DNA from: Planctomycetota bacterium | Lineage (GTDB): Bacteria > Planctomycetota > UBA8108 > SXIK01 | Assembly (NCBI GenBank): GCA_965223265.1 | Contig: OZ244999.1 | Coordinates: 6,048,001-6,112,000 of the forward strand | Length of the DNA stretch: 64,000 nucleotides | Direction: 5' to 3' | Shown here: one piece after another, positions 51,230 through 60,609 of the stretch | Position numbering within the stretch: the first letter of the stretch is position 1 | Layout: the number at the start of each line of letters is the position of its first letter | Translations under genes and position numbers: made by a program | The notes under the pieces: model-generated | Database searches by the model: none | What the model was told of the DNA's origin: nothing | Seen by the model: the letters and a program-made list of their open reading frames with translations, nothing else

Positions 51230-51968
51230 TCCTGCGCCCGCCGGTCAACTTCACACTTCACACCGGCTGACTACTCAACGCGCCGCCGCCACTCAGCGGG
51301 TCAACCGATCACCGGCACGTGGGTCAATTCTTGCCGGCAACGCGGGTCAACTTTTGGGCGGCATTGACACTGAAAGCTGTAGGCCTGAAGAGCGCACCGA
51401 AGATCGCCGTTGGAGACGGTGCCTTGGGGTTCTGGGCAGCCCTTCGGAAAATCTTTCCAACGACGCGAGAGCAACGTTGTCGGGTCCATAAAATAGCTAA
51501 CGTGCTGAACAAGCTTTCACGGTCGGTGCAGGCGAAGGCCAAAAAGAAAATCCACGAGATCTGGATGGCCGAGACGCGAGAGGACGCGAACAAGGCGTTC
51601 GATCTTTTCCTCGAGAAGTACAAGGTCAAGTACTCGGGTGCAGTCGACTGTCTGGAGAAAGACCGCGACGTCCTTCTGGGATTCTATGACTTCCCAGCGG
51701 AACACTGGATCCACCTACGGACGACAAACCCGATCGAATCGATGTTCGCCACGGTCCATCTCCGTCACCGACGTACGAAGGGAAACGGAACGCGTGCAGC
51801 GTGCCGTGCGATGGCCTTCAAGCTCGCCCGTGGCGCGGAGAAAAACTGGCGACGACTGAACTCCCCACTCTGCTTTCGAAGATTCTCGAGGGTTACAACT
51901 TCGTGGATGGAATCATGCAAGAGAAGGACGCCGCCTGATTCTCAGGCCACAACATTTGACAGTTTCCC

Positions 51969-52381
51969 GTGCGACCGCGGCCAGCGTTACTGTTCCGTTG
52001 AGTGCCGACAGGCTTCGAGGCGCCGTCAGGTACGAGAGGCCGCGCAGCGGTACCAACGCACTTTCGGCGGGGCGGAGAATCATCGACTTCGACAACGACG
52101 TTACCGTGACCGGCGAACAGTTACGCGAGGCTGTGTGACTCATCAACCTAGGCCCGATGGCGCGAGAATGGTCGAAAACCCGGCGTTCTCGTCGAAAATC
52201 CAGCGTCCGAGCACTCCGAATCCTGGCCACTGCCTCGCCTGCGGAAGAGGAAGCAACGGCTGGTATTCGTGGTTCCATCTCAGGAGCGGGCGAGATCCTG
52301 AGGTCGACGCCTCAAAATGGCCAGGCAAGCGCCGGAAGCGCTTAATCATCGAATAGTGTCCTTTTTCGCCCACCGTCAACA
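51969..52381 (+). mobile_element. remnant of another IS21-like element (CDRGQRYC ORF fragment plus terminus)
   Basis: CDRGQRYCS..CR...RR...RYQ fragment; ends in ..GAATAGTGTCC...CACCGTCAACA. Confidence 0.5.
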
Positions 52382-52427
52382 CGCCTAATTCTCAGGCCAC
52401 AACATTTGACAGTTTCCCGTGGTGGAA

Positions 52428-52905
52428 GCGTTCGTCTACTGTGCAATTCTGACGCTTTTGTCAGCCGAGAGCTCCTGCTCACCTTGCCTCACGAGTCCCC
52501 AGAGTGCCGAGCGAGTCGCGGGCGTTGGTGGAAACTACACCTTCCGTGCACGAAATTGTCGGCCCTCATACCGACAGGCGTCCACTCTTTAGGTGTTTGG
52601 TTGATGTGGCGGCGTAAGTTTCATCACTACAGCACTTTGAGTGTTGTCCAATGCCGCATGGGTAAGCGCACGAGAGCGTTCGAGTCAGAAGCGGCGCGAC
52701 GTCTTGGTGGTCGGGTCTTCGCACTGGCGACGACCGGTTCTGGAGCGAAGCATCGGGGGAGACTTAACGACGCTCGAAGCTGAGAAATCCATTGTCGAAA
52801 GGCACTGGGGAGATCTACGCGGAAAGTCTTTGGCACCTTCTCCCCCGAGGAGATTAATTGTCCCCATTGAAAGAAGTTTTTGACGGCAACCACTTAACGA
52901 GATAC
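52428..52905 (+). pseudogene. IS4-family transposase remnant (second part)
   Basis: Resumes after the TSD as (VVE)AFVYCAILTL; degraded. Confidence 0.5.
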
Positions 52906-52931
52906 ATCGCGCGAGCAGATTTGGGGGAAGT

Positions 52932-53657
52932 ATGTCACGTACGAAAGACAATCGTTTGAGTCACCTGCGTGGATCATGTTCCGGCCGCCGCTGCTTTGTC
53001 TTGGGGAACGGACGGAGCCTAAGCGAAACTGACCTCCGAAAGCTCAAAGGTGAGGTCACGATCGGGTGCAATGGTTTGTACCTCCTCTTTGATCGGATGG
53101 GTTATACGCCAACATTTTACATGGTCGGAGATCCCCTGGTCGCGCGGCAAAGTGCACCGAAAGTCTGTAACATCCGTGACTCCACGAAGGTTTTTCCGTT
53201 GGATCTTCGGGATTGGCTTGCTCCGGATCGAAACACTGTTTATTTCGAAGTTGACCGAAGTCAGAAGCAGCCATTCCGATTTAGCGATGACCTTGGCGAG
53301 GTTGGCTATTGGGGGGGCTGTGTTCTTTACTTCGCGCTCCAACTTGCCTGGTATATTGGCTGCCGCGATGTGTACTTGGTCGGAGTCGATCAGGACTACC
53401 GTTTACCGCCTCGGGCGCAGTTTGAGGGCGTTTTACGTCTCGACACGGATGACCCATGCAATCATTTCGATCCGAACTATCTCGAGCGATGTTGTATTCG
53501 GGAGTACCATCTCCCAAGAGTTGACTTGATGGCGAGAGGGTTCGAACAGGCCAGAGAGTTCTACGATTCGCATGGCGGCAGGATTTCGAACGCAACCGTC
53601 GGTGGAAAGCTCGAGGTTTTTTCTCGGGTGTCCTTTGAGGGGTTGTTCCAATCATGA
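52932..53657 (+). CDS. DUF115/Maf-like (sialyltransferase-fold) protein
   Basis: RCFVLGNGRSL, TIGCN, ALQLAWYIGC..VYLVGVD, NHF, NAT.GGKLEVF. Confidence 0.8.
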   Translation: MSRTKDNRLSHLRGSCSGRRCFVLGNGRSLSETDLRKLKGEVTIGCNGLYLLFDRMGYTPTFYMVGDPLVARQSAPKVCNIRDSTKVFPLDLRDWLAPDRNTVYFEVDRSQKQPFRFSDDLGEVGYWGGCVLYFALQLAWYIGCRDVYLVGVDQDYRLPPRAQFEGVLRLDTDDPCNHFDPNYLERCCIREYHLPRVDLMARGFEQAREFYDSHGGRISNATVGGKLEVFSRVSFEGLFQS

Positions 53658-53819
53658 GGCGAAGCATCGGGAAGAGCGCTGTCGTTCGTGGCACCATCAG
53701 CCCGTTGTCGTTGAGGTAGCGCTGGCTTCTGATATGTGTGTAGGCGCAAGCAGTTTCTTCGAGCTTCTGAGCTCTAAAAAAAGCACGCAAAAACAAGGGG
53801 AATGGCGGTTCTGCGAAGT

Positions 53820-53871
53820 ATGGAGAGACCACAAGTAACGAGAATCACTGACGCTCTCTTGAGCGCGATGT
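53820..53871 (+). pseudogene. 5' stub of a 2OG-oxygenase paralog
   Basis: MERPQVTRITDALLSAM resembles MENQVEPRITDVLLKAI at 60610; cut by the mobile nest. Confidence 0.55.
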
Positions 53872-54220
53872 GTTACCGAGCACGCTAATCCAGGCGTTCA
53901 GGGTCACGGTATTCCAGGATGAATGGTGTCAGTTGGTGGGATTGCCGTCCCGTCCCAGCGCATCTCCGTGATGTGTTGGGACGGGACGGATGTTGATCAC
54001 CCCCCTCCCGTCCCCCCGCAAGCGGGGGAGGCGGATAGGAGGCATGGGGGGCCAAATCCGGAAGTTGATTGAGGAGGATGAAGAGAGGGGAGCCAGCCGC
54101 TTGTGAATGACTCCCCCCAAGCCGATAGACCTTCCGTGTCCTTCCGGCAAGCCTGCATGATCACGGGGGAGAATTTCGATATCGTCAGCGGTCCAACCCA
54201 ATCCAAAAGGAGGACCGCCG

Positions 54221-54491
54221 ATGCCCCGCAGAGCCGAACCGACACCTCGCCGACTTGAGACCGCACGCCTGCGCTTCGAGGAGTGGCGCGCCGAGCGCAA
54301 GCGTGGAGCGCGCATTCCGAAACGACTCTGGTCGCAGGCGGTCGAGCTTGCGAAAGAGTTTGGACTGCACCGCACCTCACGCGCGCTGGGGGTCGATTAC
54401 GCGACATTGAAAAGACGAGCAGGCGCAGTCGGTGAACCAGTCGTCGAGACACCGGAGCGCGGCGGCTTCGTCGAAGTCGCAGCCCTCCCGC
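54221..54491 (+). pseudogene. IS66-type accessory (TnpA-like) ORF, truncated
   Basis: RFEEWR..R...RIP..LW.QAVELA...G...SRAL...Y..LK.R...FVEV; AGGAGG RBS; interrupted by an IS21 end. Confidence 0.6.
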
Positions 54492-54689
54492 TGCGGGATC
54501 CGGACGAAAGCGGCCACCGATTCCAGACGAATCCGATCACCCATTCCGATTGATTGCGATCACCGATTCCGAGGGAATCCGATCAGTGATTCCGATTGAA
54601 TCTGGTCACTTTTTCGATTGGTCTCGGAATTGCTGTAGCTGAGTTTGATTGGCGCTGGGCAACCGTCTGTCATGGGCACCTGAAAGGAG

Positions 54690-55428
54690 AAACCTTCGAG
54701 GACCTCGGCGCTTCGGCCCTCACCAGCCCAGATCACCCGTCCACGATCGTGGTCGACAACTATCGTCAGGTACCGATGCCTCTTTCGGTAGCTGAACTCG
54801 TCGACTCCGATGCGACGCAGATCCTCGAGACGCTCGGGATCGAGTCGCGCAGCGACAATACGCTCGACGATCGCCCCTACCGTAACCCACGAGATTCCCA
54901 TCAGCTTGGCGACCTTCGTCTTGTCGGTGCCTTGCGCCAGGTAGGCGACCATCTCCTCGAAGTCGCGGGTGAAGCGGCTTTGGGGCGTCGCCCACGGCAC
55001 TTCCTCGACGCGCACGCCACAGCGAGGGCAATCAACGCGCTGTGGCGCGTAGGAAAGCAAGATTGAGTAGCGCCCGAGTGCGAGGTGCCGCCACTTGCGC
55101 GCTGGCTTCCTGTCATAGCCTGGCGCCTGTTTGCTGCAGCCGCTGCAGCGCGGCAAGCGCCAGCGGGACTGAACATGAACCACGAGGCCATCGAATGCGA
55201 AGTCGACGTTCTTAACGAGGAGTTTGGTGACACCGAGAAGCTTTCGCAATACGGTGGTAACGCGCACGGGTTCTTGCCTCCTGTAGTCGTGGAAAACCAC
55301 AGAAAAGCAGGAACTTCGTGCGCGTTTCCACCTCCAAGGGGCAGGAGTGGGCGGCCAAGCGGCCGCGAGCGCCAACTCCTGGCGCTCGATGGCTCCGTCA
55401 GGTCACCCACTCTGACTTTAGGAGAGCC
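54690..55428 (-). mobile_element. truncated ISL3 copy
   Basis: Near-identical to 25853-~26590 including the end GGCTCTCCTAAAGT; 3' half missing. Confidence 0.9.
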
Positions 55429-56054
55429 GAAATTGGCTGGCCCCTACCGCAGGGGGTTGACGATGGAGAGCTCGAGAAGCTCCTCTTCGTTCGCAGGGAA
55501 GAGCAGCGCAGGGGGCGCCCGCTTCCCGATTGGTCCCACATTCATACCGAGCTCAGGCGGAAGCATGTCACCTTGATGCTCCTATGGCAGGAGTACAAGG
55601 CCGAACATATAGATGGCTACCAGTACAGCCAGTTCTGCGAGCTCTATCGCGCCTGGCGCGGCAAGCTCTCCGTGTGGATGCGCCAGGTACATCGTGGCGG
55701 GGAGAAGCTCTTTGTCGACTACTCTGGAGACGGCATCGAGTGGATCGATCCGAAGACCGGCGAGGTCCACGAGGCACAACTCTTCGTCGCCGTCTTCGGC
55801 GCCTCCAACTTCACCTATGCCGAGGTGACGCACAGGCAGCAACTGCGTGACTGGGTCAGTGCTCAAGTCAACGCCCTGAAGTATTTCGAGGGAGTGCCGG
55901 AGGTTGTCGTTCCGGACCCTGCAGTCAACCGCATCTGTCGATACGACCCGGAGACCAATCCGACCTACGCGGAGTTCGCTCGCCACTACCAGACGTGCAT
56001 CCTGCCGGCCCGCCCCCGAAAACCGCGTGACAAGGAGTACGCTTCATACTGCAC

Positions 56055-58130
56055 CTATTCCCTTCTTTGCGTGGCAGGTTTTCTCGCCGCCGCTCGGTTC
56101 GGGCGGCATTTCCACTTGTACTTCTGCGGACGATCATCTCCGAGAGGTTCGTAGAGGTAGTCGTTTCGGTCGTTGTAGGCGTGAGCTTGCAGGAGTCCAC
56201 GGCGACGCCAAGTCTTGACGGTGCAACGTGAGACATCGAGCTCTTGGGCGACCTCCTCCTGAGTGAGCATGCCGGCTTCTCGCAGGCGATCATAGCGGGG
56301 CTTGAGCTCGTAGTCCATCCGGAGCCGCCGTACCATGAGGCGGTCGAAGGAAAGCCCTTCGCCAGAACGATGTCCAGCGGCGTTCAGTTTGGCGGCGATC
56401 TGTACGTCGGTGTAGTTGTCGAGAAGCCGATCGATTTCCGCGATGACCTGCGGATGGGTCTGGCGTCGCTGCCAAGCCGGAATGGGGCGAGGCAGTGTGA
56501 AGGTGCGTAGCGCGCCGCCGCGGAACCGCACCTTCACTGCGATCGCCTCTTCCTTGCGGAGCGTCACGTCCTCGAGCAATAGACGCACCATGCGTTTTCG
56601 TTCCCTCGCCGGTGTTTTCGGATCATTCCATAGCCGGGGGATATCGGTAGCGAGCTCGAGGATGCGAGCGTGTTCTTCCTTGTTGAGGATGACTCGATCT
56701 GCTTCTCTCTCGCGTTCGTACTCTGCCTCCGCCTCGCGCTGAGTCCGGAGCTTCCGATTCCAATCCGCTTCGAGTTCGTCAGCGACCAGACGGTTGTCGG
56801 GGTCTACCTGCAAGTAGCGACGACGAGCGAGTTCCGTTTCGTAGCGAGCCCGCTCCACCTGCTGAGATCGCAGCCGATCGGCCTCGTCGAGGCGCGCCTG
56901 GATCTCTTCCTGGACAGCGAGCGTTACCTCGAGTGCCATGGGACTCACGGCCTCGATCAGAAGAGTGCCGATCGCCTCGTCGATGCTTGCTCCGGGAACG
57001 CATTGACACGACGGCGTAGCCTTCCGGATTCCCTCGCGTTGACACATATAGACGGGCTGGAGCTGACCGCGGTTTCTCTCATAGCGTACCGTCATACGTT
57101 TACCACAGACCCCGCAGACTACGAGCCCTTGCAGGAGTGCCGGGCCTTCGCGCGGAGGGCTGCGTTTGCGGTCGTCGCCGTGAGCGCGCGCATTCTCCGT
57201 GAGGCGCCTCTGGTTCTCTTCGAATTCCTCTATTGGGATATATCCAGGATGCGCACCGGGTACGAAGGCCGTCCATTCTTCGCGCGGCAATAGACGATAG
57301 CGCTGACCGGTGACATCCGGAAGTTTCCGTTGACGCATGCGACCGTAGAAGAAGACTCCGGCGTAGCGAGGATTGTGCAAGACATGCAGTACCAGAGAGT
57401 GATCGAGTTCGGCCCAGAGGATCTCTCCTTTGCTTGGTCCTGTCCGTGCCTTTCGTGGGAAGCGAAGTCCCTTCTCGCGGAACGCTTTCACCGTCGCTGT
57501 TGCTGAGCCGACTCGACGAAAGGTACGGAATAGCATCTGTATTGCGTCCCGCACCTGTCGGTCGGGGTGGAGCACGACTCGTCCTTCGGTATCGTAAATA
57601 AATCCTATGGGCAGCTTCGAACGGAGCTCTCCCCGACGAGCCTTGTTGATGATCCCTCCCTGCAACCTGGCCTTCAGAACATGCAGCTCAGCCTCACTCA
57701 TCGTCCCCTTCAGTCCCAAGAGAAGACGGTCGTTGAAGTGGGCCGGATCATAGATCCCGTCCTCATCGAGGATCAGAGTGTCCGTTAGGGCACAGATCTC
57801 AAGCAGTCGGTGCCAGTCGCTGGAGTTGCGAGCTAGACGCGAAACTTCCAGCCCCATGACGATCCCTGCGCGACCAAGACCGACCTCCGTCACCAACATC
57901 TGAAAGCCCTCTCGTTCGGTCGACGAGGCACCTGACTGCCCAAGATCGCTGTCGATGACGACGACCCGCTCGGCAGGCCAGCCGAGGGCTAGCGCGCGCT
58001 GCTTCAAGTCGTACTGTCTTTTTGTGCTCTCGGTGTTCTCGAACACCTGCCGTAGCGTTGACTGACGAATGTAGAGGTATGCATTGCGAGCAAGATGCCG
58101 TGAGTCAACCTTCTGGTGGGCTTCGTTCAT
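56055..58130 (-). CDS. large serine recombinase (resolvase, recombinase, Zn ribbon, HTH)
   Basis: YLYIRQST (catalytic Ser), SRLARN, NPRYAG, LLQGLVVCGVCG, VDPDNRLVA. Confidence 0.95.
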   Translation of the reverse strand: MNEAHQKVDSRHLARNAYLYIRQSTLRQVFENTESTKRQYDLKQRALALGWPAERVVVIDSDLGQSGASSTEREGFQMLVTEVGLGRAGIVMGLEVSRLARNSSDWHRLLEICALTDTLILDEDGIYDPAHFNDRLLLGLKGTMSEAELHVLKARLQGGIINKARRGELRSKLPIGFIYDTEGRVVLHPDRQVRDAIQMLFRTFRRVGSATATVKAFREKGLRFPRKARTGPSKGEILWAELDHSLVLHVLHNPRYAGVFFYGRMRQRKLPDVTGQRYRLLPREEWTAFVPGAHPGYIPIEEFEENQRRLTENARAHGDDRKRSPPREGPALLQGLVVCGVCGKRMTVRYERNRGQLQPVYMCQREGIRKATPSCQCVPGASIDEAIGTLLIEAVSPMALEVTLAVQEEIQARLDEADRLRSQQVERARYETELARRRYLQVDPDNRLVADELEADWNRKLRTQREAEAEYEREREADRVILNKEEHARILELATDIPRLWNDPKTPARERKRMVRLLLEDVTLRKEEAIAVKVRFRGGALRTFTLPRPIPAWQRRQTHPQVIAEIDRLLDNYTDVQIAAKLNAAGHRSGEGLSFDRLMVRRLRMDYELKPRYDRLREAGMLTQEEVAQELDVSRCTVKTWRRRGLLQAHAYNDRNDYLYEPLGDDRPQKYKWKCRPNRAAARKPATQRRE

Positions 58131-58438
58131 GTGATGTCTCCAGCTTTTTCCCGCTCCAGCGCCATCCCCGCCAACACCACAACCACGTCCGAGCCGAGCG
58201 CACGGGGGATCACCGCCGCGGAGGAACGACCTGGCTGGGGTTCAATCGAGGAGGCACCGAGAAACTCAGTCCAAGCCTGCATCCAGGCCGCCATCCCACG
58301 GTGGACGAAGAGTGCGTACGCGTGTCTTCGAGAAGAACTGCCGCCTGCTGCCAGTGCGCCGCGCCGTAGCTCTTCGTATCGTGCCATAGACTCCCCCGGC
58401 TCTGAGTTCGAAGTGGCCGAGGAAGTCGCAGTAGTCAC
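58127..58438 (-). CDS. small accessory protein of the LSR element
   Basis: GTG overlaps the HTH stop and its stop overlaps the LSR ATG; RYEELR...GMAAW. Confidence 0.65.
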   Translation of the reverse strand: MTTATSSATSNSEPGESMARYEELRRGALAAGGSSSRRHAYALFVHRGMAAWMQAWTEFLGASSIEPQPGRSSAAVIPRALGSDVVVVLAGMALEREKAGDIT

Positions 58439-58902
58439 TGCCGTTTTTTTTTCCGGCGCCTGAGCGCCCGTTGAACGCTGCGAGGGTGAACTTTGATATC
58501 GAACCGCTCTTCGATACGTGTTGCTAGCTGGGACGGTGAAAGAGAGCTGTCCTCTGTGAGAGCACTCTCGGCGAAGTCGAGCACGTCGTCTTTGAGTTTG
58601 TGCCGGCTGCGTGGTCCTCGTTTTCGCGGCACGAGACCAGGTATCCCGTCGCGTGCAAGCGCGGCCTGAGCGGCATAGAACGCTGGCCGGGAGAACCCGA
58701 ACGACTTGGCACAGTCGCTGACTGACGCCCCCTCGATCTGAGCCCGTCGAAGCATCTCGTACTTGACCTGAACCAGGTCCCGAGGGTCGAAGAACTCGTC
58801 GTCGGTGAAGAGGGGGTCGGTGACTTTCTCCGGCTGGCGATTGAGCGCCTGGTGCTCGAGGAGATGGGTCTCCTTTGGATCCTTCGGTTTTCGCGGGCTC
58901 AT
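58435..58902 (-). CDS. HTH protein of the LSR element
   Basis: FFDPRDLVQVKYEMLR, FGFSRPAFY, GL.P.KRGP, VHPRSVQRAL; GGAGG RBS. Confidence 0.8.
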   Translation of the reverse strand: MSPRKPKDPKETHLLEHQALNRQPEKVTDPLFTDDEFFDPRDLVQVKYEMLRRAQIEGASVSDCAKSFGFSRPAFYAAQAALARDGIPGLVPRKRGPRSRHKLKDDVLDFAESALTEDSSLSPSQLATRIEERFDIKVHPRSVQRALRRRKKKRQ

Positions 58903-58929
58903 GCAGACCTCCAGGTGACACCGAGAAGT

Positions 58930-58968
58930 ATGTAATATAAATTACATCCCTAATCGCCTCGGTGTCAA
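58930..58968 (-). promoter_or_regulatory. sigma70-like promoter with overlapping palindromic operator
   Basis: TTGACA (58968-58963), TAATTT 18 nt downstream; palindrome ATGTAAT-ataa-ATTACAT at 58930-58947. Confidence 0.6.
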
Positions 58969-59019
58969 GGTTCATTCTCGGAACGCCAAGGCCTATAAAT
59001 AATTGGGTATTAGGCAAGC

Positions 59020-59400
59020 TTACCCCTGCTCACCCTGCCCATCTTTCGGGACGTATTTTACTTTACCTTCATGGACGTCTTTTCCTTTACACTCTCCATC
59101 CTTCTCGGAACGATCGCTTCCCTCCACGTTCGTCACCAGCTCTACAAGGCGCAGGAGGTCGGCGACCCTGAAGAAGGCGCGGCCGGCAGAGACGACCACG
59201 AATGGATCCTCGGCACAAATGCTCGTCCAGCTCGCCGGCAGGCGCCGAAGACTCCCGTGATCGTCGTGGAAGTAGACTCGCTCCTCGCCCCAAACCTTGC
59301 CCAGCTCGACCAGCACGAACTCCCGTCCACAAAGCGGGTGAAAGGGGTGAGTGACTCGGAAAAGCTGCTTCGCATCTTTTCCGTCGACGGCATTCGACAA
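59020..59400 (-). CDS. DUF5372 (Y4bD/Y4pK-like) protein body, lacking an ATG in the integrated state
   Basis: VTHPFHPL.G.EF, WGEERV, LPASWT, DPF...SAGR..FRV.DLL.L. Confidence 0.75.
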   Translation of the reverse strand: MSNAVDGKDAKQLFRVTHPFHPLCGREFVLVELGKVWGEERVYFHDDHGSLRRLPASWTSICAEDPFVVVSAGRAFFRVADLLRLVELVTNVEGSDRSEKDGECKGKDVHEGKVKYVPKDGQGEQG

Positions 59401-60252
59401 CTTCTTCCAAGGCGAAGGTCGAGTCCGGCGTGCTCATCGCGCAACGCTGGATCATTGCCGTCGTCAGGAATCGCACCTTTCATTCCCTCGATGAAGTCAA
59501 CGAGGCGGTCGCTGAGTGTGTCGAGAAGATCAACGATCGTACAATGCGGCGCGTCGACAAGTCGCGTCGCGAACTCTATCTCGAAGTCGACAAACCAAAC
59601 CTGAGCCCTCTTCCCGAAACTCGTTTCGAGTTTTCCGACTGGAAGATCAAGGCCCGAGTGAATCTCGACTACCACGTTGTCTTCGAGAAAAACTACTACT
59701 CCGTCCCGTATCAGCACACGCACCAACATGTCGACATTCGAGCAACGACGGCGACGGTCGAAATCTTCCTTACACAGAAGAGAATCGCCAGCCACGAGCG
59801 AATCGCTGGAAAGCATCGCTACTCGACCAAGGCGGAGCACATGCCTCGCTCCCACCGACAGCACGCCAAGTGGTCGCCTTCACGCCTGATCCGCTGGGGT
59901 GAGACAGTGGGGCCATCAACGGCAACGCTCGTCGAGGCAATTCTCAATGAGAGACCGCATCCTGAGCAGGGCTACCGTGCGTGTCTGGGCATCTTGCGGC
60001 TCGGAAAGGAGCATAGGGCGACCCCTCCTGAGCCCCCGCCGGGGTCGCTCCGGTGCCGCTTTGCGACACCTCCCCACCGCGGCGACCCCACCCTGCCAGA
60101 CTTCGATCAGCGGCGTGCAACACTTGATCAATCCGATCACCTCGAGTACAAACCCTTCAGCCCAGCGTCACCCTCGGGCGGCTGATCGGAATCCTCCGGA
60201 ACAGGTGGTCGAAATCGATCGAAATGGGTGGCCGCTTTCGCTGGAATGCGCA

Positions 60253-60482
60253 CGCAGGGGGTTCTAACCCTCAGTGAGGATGACCCTTGCAACCACTTTG
60301 ACGCGAACTATTTTGAGCGATGCTCCCTCAACGAGTACAATCGCCCAAGGTTAGACCTCATGACGAAGGGGTTTGAGAAGGCCAAGGAGTTTTACGGCGT
60401 TCGTGGTGGGACGATACGTAACGCGACTGTCGGTGGAAAACTTGAGGTCTCTCCTCCGGTGTCTTTTGATAGCTTGTTTTGA
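60253..60482 (+). pseudogene. 3' fragment of a DUF115/Maf-like paralog
   Basis: DDPCNHFD.NY.ERC...NATVGGKLEV is closely similar to the C-terminus of 52932-53657. Confidence 0.8.
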
Positions 60483-60609
60483 AGTGAAGGGAGTGTTGAA
60501 GACGCTTGTGGATCTCTGGATGAAGTGGTGACGCGAAGTGGGCCCTGAGCCGATCTTGGGCTCTCCGTCGTCTCGGGGGTAGCTTCCGGAGCAAACACCT
60601 CAACTGCGT

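Larger units (their letters stand above)
46949..51369 (-). mobile_element. enlarged IS21-family element (4.4 kb) with 5-bp TSD
   Basis: TGTCA...TGACA ends, repeated GTTGACCC/GGGTCAA motifs, TSD CTGAA at 46944-46948 and 51370-51374. Confidence 0.9.
46226..51938 (+). pseudogene. IS256 transposase split by an IS21-type element, with frameshifts
   Basis: 46226-46948 and 51375-51938 closely match the first IS256 transposase. Confidence 0.85.
46168..52418 (+). mobile_element. second IS256 copy (nested, with two right ends), 9-bp TSD
   Basis: IRL GGGATATTCTCGAAAGTTGTGGCCTGA at 46168; right ends at 51968 and 52418; TSD GTGGTGGAA at 46159-46167 and 52419-52427. Confidence 0.9.
56036..59407 (-). mobile_element. 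large serine recombinase element (DUF5372-HTH-small ORF-LSR) inserted in istA
   Basis: CAAGG core at 56031-56035 and 59408-59412; removal restores istA KPRDKAKVE in frame. Confidence 0.9.
55429..60020 (+). pseudogene. istA: IS21 istA fragments (55429-56035 and 59413-~60020)
   Basis: LLWQEYK, YSQFC, GEKLFVDYSG, PARPRKPRDK | AKVESGV, YYSVPY, GYRACLGILRL. Confidence 0.85.
54492..60252 (+). mobile_element. defective IS21-family element (IS408/IS1162-like) hosting nested insertions
   Basis: TIRs TGCG..TCC..CGAAAGCGGCCACC at both ends with multiple internal repeats; istA fragments; no istB. Confidence 0.85.

Noticed and set aside
51319-52356. 345-aa ORF as a single gene
   Set aside because: Read-through chimera of an IS21 end, the IS256 3' half and the CDRGQ fragment.
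54492-54625. CRISPR-like short periodic repeats (CCGATT/GATCAC)
   Set aside because: No unique spacers and no cas genes; they mirror the other end at 60181-60252 and are IS21 terminal repeats.
58127-59017. 296-aa ORF
   Set aside because: Only the last 103 codons look real; the rest overlaps the HTH gene and the promoter.
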